From positions 28,316 to 92,315 of the forward strand of contig CAYOWP010000003.1 in the NCBI GenBank assembly GCA_964407715.1: DNA of 64,000 nt, written 5' to 3'. Numbering within the stretch: position 1 is the first letter of the stretch; every line of letters begins with the position of its first letter. The notes under the pieces were generated by a model, which was not told the origin of the DNA, searched no databases, and worked only from the letters and a program-made list of their open reading frames with translations. This DNA is from an uncultured archaeon (GTDB lineage Archaea > EX4484-52 > JAADEF01). Shown piece after piece: positions 8,926 through 19,181 of this stretch. The position numbers and the translations under genes are program-made.

Positions 8926-10812
8926 TTAATAACATCTCAAAATCTTATTCCTTATAGGATGATCTGATAGCTTATCTTTCACTCCACAAGTAGTCTCAAC
9001 TATTATGTCTTTTATCTCATTACATAGTATATTGCAAGGTATCCTAAAAATACCTATTCCTCCAGGATGTAAAACATATACCTTCGAGAGATTTGTATAG
9101 CATACCTTCTTATAATCATTGCTATAGATGGTTATGTTCTTTATCCCTGCTCTTTCAGAAAGTATATTCCTTATCCTTACTTTATATCCCTCAGAAGATC
9201 CAGAGATATTCATAGAAGTGATTATTCCTCCATGAGAATCTGCTCTATATGTGATTGGAACTATACAAGGTACTATACCAAAGCATTTATTGTTAATATA
9301 ACCTAAAATGTAAGAGGTTATATCTGCACTTGAGCTTTCATTAAAGAATCCCTCATGCTTCCATACCAATTGCTCACCAACATAGATTTTTGGATTTAAA
9401 GGATATGTTTTTGATAATGCCAAAGGATAATAATCTACATTTCCTGATGCTATTGTATAAGGGGAATCGCATATCCCATCATGATTCGCATCATCGCAAG
9501 TTTCTGAGTAACCATTTCCTGAAGGCGTAGCATACACATTACCACCAATGAAAGGTCTCCCCACTATGTTTGGTCCAAGTTGTAGGGAGGTGTTCCAGTG
9601 GTTTGATGAAGAAGAAATATAAATGTTGTTTGTATTATTAAGGAGGTTATTGTAAAAGAAATTGTTATCTGTTGAGTATAGATAAATCCCATATCGATTA
9701 TATGATATAATTGAGTTTGTTAGGATATTTTGAGATGAATCAGACCAAAAGTAAATTCCTTTAATACCATTATTATTAGCGGAAATATTAGTGATGATAT
9801 TATAAGATGAGTCTGAAAGAAAAGATATCCCAGTAAGATGATTATTATTAGCAGAGATATTAGTCATCTTGTTATAGGATGATTCCCACAGATAGAGTCC
9901 ATACCAACGGTTATTATTAGCAAAGATATTAGTAATTTTATTATAGGATGAATCCTCAACACGTATTCCATCTCGATTCCAGCGTGAATCTATATTTCTT
10001 AATGTTGAGTTATTTGTTCCAACAATTAAGATACCATTGTTGTTTAAGATATCTGATCCCTTTATGGTAATATTAGTAAAGTTGCTACAGTCAGCATTAC
10101 ATAAAATTAATTCAGAAAAGATTTTATTTGAGATATTTATAGGAGAATTATAATACATTATAGGTCTGTTTCCTGATCCTTTTGCATTGATTATTACACT
10201 AGAACACGAAGAAGGATACTCAATCATAATATCCCACATTCTATTCTCCTGAGCGATAATATCAGTAAGAATATTATCTGAAGACCCAGAAAGCTCAATT
10301 CCATGCCAATCGTTATTATTAACTGTAATATTAGTGAGAGTATTAGAAGATGATCCTGAGAGAACAATTCCATGCCAATCGTTATTATTGGCTGTAATAT
10401 CTTCCAAGGTATTATATGAAGAAGTGGAGAGGTAGATACCATACCAATCATTGTTTTTACTCACAACATTCTCTATCTTGCTATCATGAACTCCATTATC
10501 GAAGTAAATTCCATGATAAAATTCTTGGATTTCACAGTTTCTTATGGAGATGTTGCTTAAGGAGCCGCTTGCATATACACCATAAGTCTCCTCTGTTTTG
10601 TTTCCATCAATCATATGCCATTGACAATCCAAAATCACATTGGAGGTTGTGATGTTAAAACACGTACTACTAGAGTTCCAAATATCGGTTGTGAGATAAT
10701 ACACACCAGGAGAGGAAATGGTGGTGCAGGAGTTGAGAGAGGTGGCTGCATAGGAAAAAGGTAATGTGAAAAGTATGAGTAAAAGCATCGCGATGAACAA
10801 TAGATATCTCAT
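8926..10812 (-). CDS. Secreted NosD/CASH parallel beta-helix protein with a pilin-like C-terminal domain
   Basis: Signal peptide; repeated NN.(W/Y)GI.L..SS.N.L.NI; GGNVY..P.G.GYS..C.D.N.DGICD.PY...DYYPL; C-terminus resembles the pilin globular half. Confidence 0.85.
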   Translation of the reverse strand: MRYLLFIAMLLLILFTLPFSYAATSLNSCTTISSPGVYYLTTDIWNSSSTCFNITTSNVILDCQWHMIDGNKTEETYGVYASGSLSNISIRNCEIQEFYHGIYFDNGVHDSKIENVVSKNNDWYGIYLSTSSYNTLEDITANNNDWHGIVLSGSSSNTLTNITVNNNDWHGIELSGSSDNILTDIIAQENRMWDIMIEYPSSCSSVIINAKGSGNRPIMYYNSPINISNKIFSELILCNADCSNFTNITIKGSDILNNNGILIVGTNNSTLRNIDSRWNRDGIRVEDSSYNKITNIFANNNRWYGLYLWESSYNKMTNISANNNHLTGISFLSDSSYNIITNISANNNGIKGIYFWSDSSQNILTNSIISYNRYGIYLYSTDNNFFYNNLLNNTNNIYISSSSNHWNTSLQLGPNIVGRPFIGGNVYATPSGNGYSETCDDANHDGICDSPYTIASGNVDYYPLALSKTYPLNPKIYVGEQLVWKHEGFFNESSSADITSYILGYINNKCFGIVPCIVPITYRADSHGGIITSMNISGSSEGYKVRIRNILSERAGIKNITIYSNDYKKVCYTNLSKVYVLHPGGIGIFRIPCNILCNEIKDIIVETTCGVKDKLSDHPIRNKILRCY

Positions 10813-10821
10813 GTTATCACC

Positions 10822-11154
10822 TTAATAAGGTATGGGTGTTAAATCTATGGTGACTTCAACATTGCTATTGTTTAGGGTTAGATTGAAAGTACTTTCCTCA
10901 TATGCTTTGTCATGGAGAAAAGTTTTGTTGATATAGCTCTCTAATTTGTCTACTACTCCATAAGTTACTTTTTGGATGGAGACTTTTACTTTATCGCAGT
11001 TAACAGGTAAGTCCTGTTTTTCTGCTGATTCTGAGATGCTCCTTATGAATGATTTGAACCACCCACTATATAGCGCAGCTATAGCAGTAACAAACACAAC
11101 AAGAAGCACAGCTGAGATGGTTATGGATACTGCTTTTTTTGTTTTAGTTCTCAT
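10822..11154 (-). CDS. Archaeal type IV pilin-like protein, N-terminal half only
   Basis: Class III signal KKA-VSITISAVLLVVFVTAIA, amphipathic helix, conserved Cys, then ends early. Confidence 0.75.
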   Translation of the reverse strand: MRTKTKKAVSITISAVLLVVFVTAIAALYSGWFKSFIRSISESAEKQDLPVNCDKVKVSIQKVTYGVVDKLESYINKTFLHDKAYEESTFNLTLNNSNVEVTIDLTPIPY

Positions 11155-11194
11155 AAAGAGTAATTATGTATCATAAAGGTTTATAAAGATTTTG

Positions 11195-12502
11195 TTATAT
11201 CCTATATCTTGCGATATTCCATAACAATCTAAGTGCTATATCATATGCGCTCTCTCTATATGAGAGATTATTTTTTTGTGCATAGAAACATACTTTCTTA
11301 GAGATATTTATCATATGATTTTCAAGACGTTGGAGTGTTTTGTGTCTGCTCCACCTTTCCCATGATCTATTCTGAAGCCATTCATAATAACTAACCACAA
11401 CACCACCGCCATTTGCTAAAATATCAGGGATTATTATTTTGTTCCTTTCCTTAAGTATGTTATCAGCGGTATAAGTTACTGGCCCATTTGCTATTTCCAA
11501 TATCATCTCTGCCTTTATGTTATCTGCGTTTCTTTTAGTTATCTGGTTTTCTGTTGCTGCCAATACAAGCACATCCACATTCATCTCAAGCAATTCCTCA
11601 TTCTCTATGATTTTATATTCTTCATTATTATGTACAAGATTCAGTTGCTCTTCTGAGGAATAATCCTTTATATATTTTCCTCCCCTCTTATACTTATAGA
11701 GATTCTCTACATTTATTCCCTTCTCGCTATATATTGCACCTGAGGAATCTGAGATCCCAACTATTTTATATCCGCTCTCCGATATATATCTCGAAAAATA
11801 ATATCCTACATTACCAAAACCCTGAACTGCAATTTTGATTTTATCTTTTGGCTTATTGATATGTTTCTTAATAAAATACTCAAACACATATCCTGCTCCA
11901 TATCCTGTTGCCTCCCTTCTTCCAGGTATACCATAAAGAGAAATTGGTTTCCCTGTCACAACCCCAGGCTCAAATTTGCCAGAGATTCTGGAGTATTCAT
12001 CTACTATCCATGCCATTACTTGCTCATCGGTATACATATCAGGGGCAGGAATATCTTTATCAATACCTATTTGATCAGCAATTGCACGTGTAAAGGATCT
12101 TGTTAAATTTTCCAATTCCCATTTTTCAAGTTCTTTTACGTTAACTATTACACCCCCCTTTGCACCCCCAAAAGGAAGTTGATGAAGAGCATTTTTCCAT
12201 GTCATTATGGCAGCAAGACCTATTATCTCATCAATATTTACATAAGGTGAAAACCTTATTCCTCCTTTTCCAGGGCCTAATAGATCACTATGCAAAACTC
12301 TATACCCTTTGAATAATCTTATCTCATGGTTTCTCAATCTTACTGGAAAAGAGACCTCTGTAACCTTTTTTGGATTTCTAAGAAAATTTCTCTTTTGCTC
12401 ATCAAATTTCGCTCTATCAAATGTATCCTCTTGAAAGTTGGTTACGCTATACAACAAATTTTCCTCATTTATGATTTTCTCCATATCTCCCTTAAGTGTC
12501 AT
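11195..12502 (-). CDS. gdhA: Glutamate dehydrogenase
   Basis: GPGKGGIRF, MTWK, GGAKGG, DIPAPD, ATGYG, QGFGNVG, PDILANGGGV. Confidence 0.95.
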   Translation of the reverse strand: MTLKGDMEKIINEENLLYSVTNFQEDTFDRAKFDEQKRNFLRNPKKVTEVSFPVRLRNHEIRLFKGYRVLHSDLLGPGKGGIRFSPYVNIDEIIGLAAIMTWKNALHQLPFGGAKGGVIVNVKELEKWELENLTRSFTRAIADQIGIDKDIPAPDMYTDEQVMAWIVDEYSRISGKFEPGVVTGKPISLYGIPGRREATGYGAGYVFEYFIKKHINKPKDKIKIAVQGFGNVGYYFSRYISESGYKIVGISDSSGAIYSEKGINVENLYKYKRGGKYIKDYSSEEQLNLVHNNEEYKIIENEELLEMNVDVLVLAATENQITKRNADNIKAEMILEIANGPVTYTADNILKERNKIIIPDILANGGGVVVSYYEWLQNRSWERWSRHKTLQRLENHMINISKKVCFYAQKNNLSYRESAYDIALRLLWNIARYRI

Positions 12503-12553
12503 ATAAGAATTTAAAAAGTTAGTTTTCTCAGCTTTTCTTACATCTCCTCATAG

Positions 12554-12907
12554 CTATAGCAATTTTAGATCTCCCGTGATTTCATCTATCTCTCTCTCAT
12601 AATATGGGCCAATTCCAACCGCGGTATAATCTGGAGCTTTAAGTTGAGTCTTAGCAGCATCTTTTATTATACATGTCGGAAGTCCTCTTTTTCTTGCCAA
12701 TTTATATACCTCAATAAGTTTTTCTTTGCTATTGACTTTAAGCACTATTTTCTCAGCACCTTGTGAGAGCCATCTCTCACGTATTTTCTTGCATGACTTT
12801 AAGAATGCACAAAGAGATGCATGGGCAACTTGTGATGCTATTTTTCCTTTTCCCATCTTTAAATCCACTCTAACCACTATAACCTGTTTCAACAGCTCCT
12901 CTACCAT
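12554..12907 (-). CDS. pth2: Peptidyl-tRNA hydrolase 2
   Basis: DLKMGKGKIASQVAHA, KIVLKV, TAVGIGP, ITGDLKLL. Confidence 0.95.
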   Translation of the reverse strand: MVEELLKQVIVVRVDLKMGKGKIASQVAHASLCAFLKSCKKIRERWLSQGAEKIVLKVNSKEKLIEVYKLARKRGLPTCIIKDAAKTQLKAPDYTAVGIGPYYEREIDEITGDLKLL

Positions 12908-12919
12908 ACCAATACTCCC

Positions 12920-14479
12920 CTAACCCAAAAAATCCTTAACAAAGAATTCTCTTGTATGCAAATCAATAATAGTAACCTTTCCGGGGTTTGCCTTATGCCC
13001 AACTCTATCCTGAAATGTAGTTTGAGATTGCCATGTACTTGAAGATATTAATGTGACTCCTTTATAATTTGAAACATCATGGCTGTGAAGATCTCCAGAA
13101 GCAAATATATCAGGAACAATATCTATCACATGCATATCTATTTTCTTAGGTGCTATCAATGTTGAACCATAAATAGGTGCAAGATGTCTCCTCTTAAGGA
13201 GCTCTCTTATAACTACAGTTGGCTTATCCCTTGCTACTTTCCTTATCTCTGTAATAGCATCTATCATTGCATTGAAACTATATCCATGATATAGCAAAAC
13301 CTTTACCTCTTTTTCATCATCTTTCAATCCAATCAGGCATGGATTCGTTTCTAAATGAATATTCTTCATTTTTGCTGCCTCAGGAATCAATTTCTCTGTA
13401 AGAGGAGGTTGTGGTTCTGCTAACCTAACAGCATCATGATTTCCAGGGATGACTATTACCTGGATATGCTCAGGAATCTTTAGAAGAAAATCCTCAAATG
13501 CCTTATATTGATCATAAATATTGGTAATTTCAAGCTCATTTATTTGCTCTGGATAAATGCCTATTCCATCCACGTTATCCCCTGCAATAAATAAGAACTT
13601 TAAGCGGGAAGCCAACTCATCGCCACTTTTTAACCATTTAAAGAATTTATTCATTATATCTTTAATAAAAAGTTTGCTGCCAAAATGAAGATCAGAGATG
13701 AATGCTGCAGTTAGAGGAACATCAAGCTTTGCTATATTATCAGAGGAAGGCATGGGTATGTCAGGATATAAAATATTGCTGATTATAAAATTACCCTTTG
13801 AATTTACCTTTCCCTTAAATGCTAATACATCATCATTAACAATATTTTCTGCCTCTTTTTTTATTTCTTCGCGAGGTATTGCAAGAATGCGATCAGTCTC
13901 ATCCTCTATTATAAATCTCAAGAATCCGCTACGAGAGAGAAGTTTTTCTCTAACGATTGCTATTACTGTCACTTCCCTATCCCTCATATTATTTCTTTTT
14001 AAATTCTCAATACTCACAACATTCCTAACCCCATTCCTTTGCAAAAGTAATGACCTCAACTTCCTATATCTATCATTAAAGTACTCAATAAAGTTTTGTA
14101 CTGTAATCTTGGACTCATAATCTGTATTTAGATTCCATATCTTGTTAATCTCAACACTATAATTCTTTGCCTCATAATACATTGATGCCCTTATGATTTC
14201 TATTTTCTCCGCAATATCTCTTTTTATGCTCTCCAATTCCTCTTCTATCATATCGCGGGTAATGATGGTATCGTGATATTTCCTTATAATAAAAATAAAC
14301 TTATCTTTTTTTGACTCATGCATTAGCATGTATTCAACAGCATCTTTTGTAATAAGAAGATTTCTTTCGAGGGAAATCTCAATTATTTGATCTATGAAAT
14401 CCTTATTTGTTTTATGATGCTTATCATAATAAACATCATCAGAGTTCTGAATAATCTCAGAAGAAGAATTTGTATCCAT
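12920..14479 (-). CDS. polD1: DNA polymerase D small (exonuclease) subunit DP1
   Basis: OB fold plus SDLHFGS, GDNVDGIGIYP, PGNHD, YHG, RRHLAP. Confidence 0.95.
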   Translation of the reverse strand: MDTNSSSEIIQNSDDVYYDKHHKTNKDFIDQIIEISLERNLLITKDAVEYMLMHESKKDKFIFIIRKYHDTIITRDMIEEELESIKRDIAEKIEIIRASMYYEAKNYSVEINKIWNLNTDYESKITVQNFIEYFNDRYRKLRSLLLQRNGVRNVVSIENLKRNNMRDREVTVIAIVREKLLSRSGFLRFIIEDETDRILAIPREEIKKEAENIVNDDVLAFKGKVNSKGNFIISNILYPDIPMPSSDNIAKLDVPLTAAFISDLHFGSKLFIKDIMNKFFKWLKSGDELASRLKFLFIAGDNVDGIGIYPEQINELEITNIYDQYKAFEDFLLKIPEHIQVIVIPGNHDAVRLAEPQPPLTEKLIPEAAKMKNIHLETNPCLIGLKDDEKEVKVLLYHGYSFNAMIDAITEIRKVARDKPTVVIRELLKRRHLAPIYGSTLIAPKKIDMHVIDIVPDIFASGDLHSHDVSNYKGVTLISSSTWQSQTTFQDRVGHKANPGKVTIIDLHTREFFVKDFLG

Positions 14480-14516
14480 AAAGTTATTTAAATTACAATA
14501 AATATTTTAAAAGATT

Positions 14517-15326
14517 ATGGCGACAAAAAGAGGAAGTATAAAAAGGAAAGCATTAATCTTTGAGATATATTTTTATATATTGGCATTTCTCTTTACAATT
14601 GCATTAGCAATGCTTTATTATATCACGAGTCATCCACCAACAAGTGATCATCATGTCAGAATCATAAATGTATTTTCCAAGGAAATTGGGACATTTAAAA
14701 TACCTACAAGCGAAATAATAGGATATTCTTATCTAAAAATACCTGCTGTCATGAATAATAGCAAACCTGTATATGTTATAGCAAAAATGTTTATAACTCC
14801 AGGTAGCGGAAACATATTTATTAATATAAAGGATACGCTATTAGGTGAGGATACGCAACATAGTATAAGAAAAGCTATAAGATATGCCTTACAGCATGAA
14901 AAAATACCTCAAAACATATATGACTTTTATGTAAACATAGAAAGTGATGCATCTGTCTTAATAGGCCCAAGTGCTGGTGGGTCTTTTGGAGTATTATCTA
15001 TAGCAGCATTAAGAAATAAAATGCCAAGACAAGATGTCATGATGACAGGGACTTTAAGTAAAGATGGTAGAATAGGATTAAGCGGGAAAATATATGAAAA
15101 GGCATTAGCATCAAAGATAAGTGGTGCAAAAATCTTCTTAGTGCCAAAAGGACTAAGCAAAATTGAGAAAGTTGATGTACAAGAAGAATGTGACTATTAT
15201 GGAGGTAAAAGATATTGCGAGGTTATTGAGTATATAAACATAAAGGATTTGGCAAATGAGACAGGTATGGAGGTTCATGAAATAGAGACATTAGATGATG
15301 CACTGAAATATTTTGGAATAGAATAA
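14517..15326 (+). CDS. Membrane-anchored Lon-type (S16) protease domain protein, no ATPase
   Basis: GPSAG catalytic Ser, MTGT, I.EK catalytic Lys. Confidence 0.85.
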   Translation: MATKRGSIKRKALIFEIYFYILAFLFTIALAMLYYITSHPPTSDHHVRIINVFSKEIGTFKIPTSEIIGYSYLKIPAVMNNSKPVYVIAKMFITPGSGNIFINIKDTLLGEDTQHSIRKAIRYALQHEKIPQNIYDFYVNIESDASVLIGPSAGGSFGVLSIAALRNKMPRQDVMMTGTLSKDGRIGLSGKIYEKALASKISGAKIFLVPKGLSKIEKVDVQEECDYYGGKRYCEVIEYINIKDLANETGMEVHEIETLDDALKYFGIE

Positions 15327-15372
15327 GATTTAAAATATCCAAAAATTATATTTAATTATTTAAGGTGATAAA

Positions 15373-15639
15373 ATGCCAGAATTTGAAGGATTAGATAGAG
15401 GATGGAAACAAGCAAAACATAGGGGAAAATCCACAATGGTCACTTGTGGGTTTTGCGGAAGACAGTTCCCAAGATTCAAAGCATTCGTTATTTACAGGGG
15501 TTTTAGGATAACAGACCCCGCTCTAAAGAGATTGCTTGATAAGAAAGTATTTACTGGAGGATTTGATAGAAAAATGTATGTATGCCCAAAATGCGCAAGA
15601 TTCTATGGTGTGGTACAAAAAGGTAAGAATAAACTGTAA
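15373..15639 (+). CDS. rps26e: 30S ribosomal protein eS26
   Basis: RG...V.CxxCGR..PR.KA...D..L...L...K.Y.CxxCA...GVV pattern. Confidence 0.85.
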   Translation: MPEFEGLDRGWKQAKHRGKSTMVTCGFCGRQFPRFKAFVIYRGFRITDPALKRLLDKKVFTGGFDRKMYVCPKCARFYGVVQKGKNKL

Positions 15640-15652
15640 ATGAGGGATAAAT

Positions 15653-16024
15653 ATGGGAATCATCACGTTATCTTATGCAACACAGGATATGAAAGTTAAA
15701 CAAACAATTGAGGAAATAGAAAATAAAAAAGTAAGAGTATCTATTTATAGGATTTATAGTGATGGAGATATACATGAATTATGTTTTGATACATATGCAG
15801 AAAGCTTAAAAGATTACATGAAAAATCTAATCAAATATATTGAGTTTGAGATAAAGGAGATAGAAAAAATCAAAGAATTCTCAATAACTTATTCCTCTAA
15901 AGAGGGTAAGATTACATATAAAGCACAAAAAGATATTCGTGATGCTCTACAACAAATATATACTAAAATCACATCTGAATCACCTAAGAAAATCTATAAC
16001 CTAAAAAGATACTATAGAAGGTGA
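15653..16024 (+). CDS. Hypothetical protein
   Basis: 123-aa ORF within an operon, preceded by RBS-like GAGGG. Confidence 0.6.
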   Translation: MGIITLSYATQDMKVKQTIEEIENKKVRVSIYRIYSDGDIHELCFDTYAESLKDYMKNLIKYIEFEIKEIEKIKEFSITYSSKEGKITYKAQKDIRDALQQIYTKITSESPKKIYNLKRYYRR

Positions 16025-16031
16025 TAATAGT

Positions 16032-17000
16032 ATGGTAAGCGTAAATGAGGTGTGGACAGAGAAATATAGACCAAAAACTTTAAGCGAAATTGTTGATCAA
16101 GAGCATGTAATCAAAAGGTTAAAAGCATTTGTTGAAGAAAAAAACATCCCAAATTTATTATTTGCTGGCCCTCCAGGAACTGGTAAAACCACAACAGCAA
16201 TAGCATTGGCAAGGGATCTTTATGGTGAAGAATGGAGACACAACTTCTTAGAGTTAAACGCATCTGATGAAAGAGGAATAGATGTTGTGAGAGGAAAAAT
16301 AAAGGATTTTGCAAGAACAAAACCAATGAATGTAGATTTTAAAATCATCTTTTTAGATGAGGCTGATGCTCTAACTCAGGATGCGCAACAGGCATTAAGG
16401 AGAACCATGGAAAAATACGCGAATATCACGCGATTTATACTCTCATGTAACTACTCCTCCAAAATAATCTCTCCTATTCAATCGCGATGTGCAGTATTTA
16501 GATTTAAACCTCTTCCAGATGATGCTGCGAAAGGATTGCTTAAAAGAATAGCGGAAAAGGAAGGTGTAGAGGTGAATGACAAAGCTCTTGATGCATTAAT
16601 AAATCTTTCTGAGGGAGATTTAAGAAAAGCAATCAACATACTTCAATCACTTGCTATATTACATAAGGCAATTAATGAGGATGCTGTATATGAATTAGCA
16701 GCATCTTTGAAGCCAAAAGAGGTTGAGGAAATCATAACCTTGGCTATGAATGGCAAATTCACAGAGGCAAGGGAGAAACTATTGCGCCTTATGGCTTATA
16801 GAGGTATGTCAGGAAGTGATGTAATAAGAGACTTCCATGCAGCAGTAAGAAACTTGGACATAGATGAGAAGTTAAAGATAAAGCTTATAGATAAACTTGC
16901 AGAATATGAGTTCCGCATATCTGAAGGTGCAAGTGAGGATGTGCAAATCGAAGCCATGCTTGCTCAATTCGCTTTAATTTCATCCCAGCAAAAGGAATGA
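16032..17000 (+). CDS. rfcS: Replication factor C small subunit (no intein)
   Basis: WTEKYRP, GPPGTGKT, ELNASDERG, LDEAD, SRC. Confidence 0.98.
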   Translation: MVSVNEVWTEKYRPKTLSEIVDQEHVIKRLKAFVEEKNIPNLLFAGPPGTGKTTTAIALARDLYGEEWRHNFLELNASDERGIDVVRGKIKDFARTKPMNVDFKIIFLDEADALTQDAQQALRRTMEKYANITRFILSCNYSSKIISPIQSRCAVFRFKPLPDDAAKGLLKRIAEKEGVEVNDKALDALINLSEGDLRKAINILQSLAILHKAINEDAVYELAASLKPKEVEEIITLAMNGKFTEAREKLLRLMAYRGMSGSDVIRDFHAAVRNLDIDEKLKIKLIDKLAEYEFRISEGASEDVQIEAMLAQFALISSQQKE

Positions 17001-17006
17001 TGCCAA

Positions 17007-17549
17007 ATGTCAAAAAAGATAATCGCTGAGATAACTACAAATAGAAATTTCAAATTTGATAAAAATGCAATGTTCAATGCATTGATCAAAACAAGCCATA
17101 TGAAAAGTAATGAATTGAAGATCTCGCTCGAGATAAACTCTCCAAAGTTTGATTCCCTATTAATTCATCTTATAGAGAAGCAACCCCGTGAGAAACTTGA
17201 AATTTTATATCCAGTCAATATAAATGAAAATAAAGGCGGCAATTTAAGATGGATCAAATTGAATTTTATATTTTTTGTTTTTAATCCTCAGACAAAGGTT
17301 AATATCACGCCTATATTAAGTACATCACATAATAACCTAAACAAGGAAGTGCATATACGAAAGGTAATATTTTGTGAGTCATCAAAACATAATATTCATT
17401 TTTCTATTAAATATCTCCATGACTCAATAAGAGAAAACACAATTTTTGAAGAATCTTTTATAGATTTACGTGAGTATAAAGATGTAAAGGATATCATCTT
17501 CCAAGACTATCTTTCTTATGTGCATCCAAACTCTCAAAAACTTCCATAA
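17007..17549 (+). CDS. Hypothetical protein
   Basis: 180-aa ORF following rfcS; 3' overlap with a convergent GT gene. Confidence 0.5.
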   Translation: MSKKIIAEITTNRNFKFDKNAMFNALIKTSHMKSNELKISLEINSPKFDSLLIHLIEKQPREKLEILYPVNINENKGGNLRWIKLNFIFFVFNPQTKVNITPILSTSHNNLNKEVHIRKVIFCESSKHNIHFSIKYLHDSIRENTIFEESFIDLREYKDVKDIIFQDYLSYVHPNSQKLP

Positions 17550-18642
17550 GTTTGTTTAGATGGTTACGAGCTGAAAAAATCTTGCTCAACTTATCTAATT
17601 TATTTATTTTAGCTTTCCTTGTTCTGATTTCCTTTAAAATTCTTTGGAAATCTCTCTCATTTTCAAAAAAATATATATCTTTGCTATCAATAACCCTTGC
17701 TAATTCCTCAACACCTCTATTTCTATACGCTATAACAGGCACTCCCAATTTTAAAGATTCCAAAACAATAAAAGGTATGCCCTCATAATTACTTGGTAAA
17801 ACTATACATAAAGCATTAGCTACAAGATTCCTCAACTCTTTTTTGTTTTTCTTGCCTAAAAAAAGAATCCTATCACCATAAGGAGAAAGTATCTTCTCAT
17901 AAACTTCTCTTAAATACCCATCACCCACAATATATAACTTAATATCGCTATTCAATAAGCAGTTAAGATAACATTTAATCAATCTATCCAACCTTTTTAA
18001 AGAGATTATTCTTCCAACAAAAAGCAGATATTTTTCCTTTTTTCTAGTTGTTATCCTGCTCTCTGGCAGATTGATGAAATTTTCTATAATCCTTATTTTA
18101 TCAGGATTGATTTTGTAATATTCAATTAATGTGTTTTTGAGATGTTTTGCAGGTGTAATTATCATTAATGCCCTCTTAAATATCAGATATGATAGCAATC
18201 TCCTAATTATCCCATGCTTTGTGTGATATAGAAACTCCTCATAAGGCACAGAAAAAATCTTTTTATCATAATAACTCTCATATGCCCAATCTCCAACAAA
18301 CCTTAGGAGATATCTTTTAAACGATAAAAAACATGATAATCCGCTAATACCAACATCCTGAGCATACACTATCTTATTCTTAGACATCTTTCTTATGAAA
18401 TATGCCATAATCAATATCCTTATAGGATAACTTATTTTTGTGCTATTAAAGTATACTTTCCTCAAGAGATAATACTTCTTTCCATTTTCTATTCTAACCT
18501 CAGATCTTGTTGTATTATAGAAATTAAATGAAAGAACCTCGATATTTTGGAGGTGCTTTGTTAAAAAATCTACATAGTTGCTTACTCCTCCTATTTCTGG
18601 GAATACAATACCAGACACAACTAGAACATCTCTTTTTGTCAT
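17494..18642 (-). CDS. Glycosyltransferase family 4
   Basis: FPEIGG, FVGRI...K, PSNYEGIPFIVLES. Confidence 0.9.
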   Translation of the reverse strand: MTKRDVLVVSGIVFPEIGGVSNYVDFLTKHLQNIEVLSFNFYNTTRSEVRIENGKKYYLLRKVYFNSTKISYPIRILIMAYFIRKMSKNKIVYAQDVGISGLSCFLSFKRYLLRFVGDWAYESYYDKKIFSVPYEEFLYHTKHGIIRRLLSYLIFKRALMIITPAKHLKNTLIEYYKINPDKIRIIENFINLPESRITTRKKEKYLLFVGRIISLKRLDRLIKCYLNCLLNSDIKLYIVGDGYLREVYEKILSPYGDRILFLGKKNKKELRNLVANALCIVLPSNYEGIPFIVLESLKLGVPVIAYRNRGVEELARVIDSKDIYFFENERDFQRILKEIRTRKAKINKLDKLSKIFSARNHLNKLMEVFESLDAHKKDSLGR

Positions 18643-18663
18643 AATTGAGTTCCTCTTACATTA

Positions 18664-18867
18664 TCATTGCTTCTTTGCTTTAGTACCTCTTTTTATTGGC
18701 CTGAGTTTTTTATAACCACACTTTCTGCATCTTGTTTTATGAGGTTTTGTGGTTCTTATTCTGGCATTGCATCTCATACATATATAAACATTCTTATACA
18801 TTCTATCCAAAACCTCTTGAGGAATCATACCTGCCATTTTGATCACCAAGAATATTTTTAAATACAT
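18664..18867 (-). CDS. rpl40e: 50S ribosomal protein eL40 (likely start MAGM near 18837)
   Basis: ICMRCNAR...CRKCGYKKLRP. Confidence 0.92.
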   Translation of the reverse strand: MYLKIFLVIKMAGMIPQEVLDRMYKNVYICMRCNARIRTTKPHKTRCRKCGYKKLRPIKRGTKAKKQ

Positions 18868-18908
18868 ACCGTTAATTTTAAAAAATTTAAGAGATTTAAA
18901 TTAGTGTA

Positions 18909-19181
18909 GTGATGATTATGAAAGAGGAAAGGATAAGAGGAAAGGAGCTATTGGGCAAGATGGTCGTTAGTGATGAAACTGGTAGAAGCTTTGGAAAGGT
19001 CGGGGATTTCTCTTTTATTGCAGAGACAGGTGAGCTTCTCAATTTAGTCCTTGTAGAGCCTACAAAGATAGTGTCTGAGCTAAACCTGAATGTAGATGAG
19101 AAAGGAAGAATCTTAATCTCCTTCTCTGCTGTGAAGTCCATAGGCGATTTTATTATAGTAAGTGAAAAGGACATCTATTAG
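18909..19181 (+). CDS. PRC-barrel domain protein (CdpB-like family)
   Basis: LLGKMVV...G..FGKV.D...TGEL...I.F.AVKSIGDFIIV. Confidence 0.85.
   Translation: MMIMKEERIRGKELLGKMVVSDETGRSFGKVGDFSFIAETGELLNLVLVEPTKIVSELNLNVDEKGRILISFSAVKSIGDFIIVSEKDIY

Noticed and set aside
16032-17000. Inteins in rfcS, DP1 or the ligase
   Set aside because: rfcS and DP1 have normal lengths, and the ligase insert lacks C...HN splice junctions
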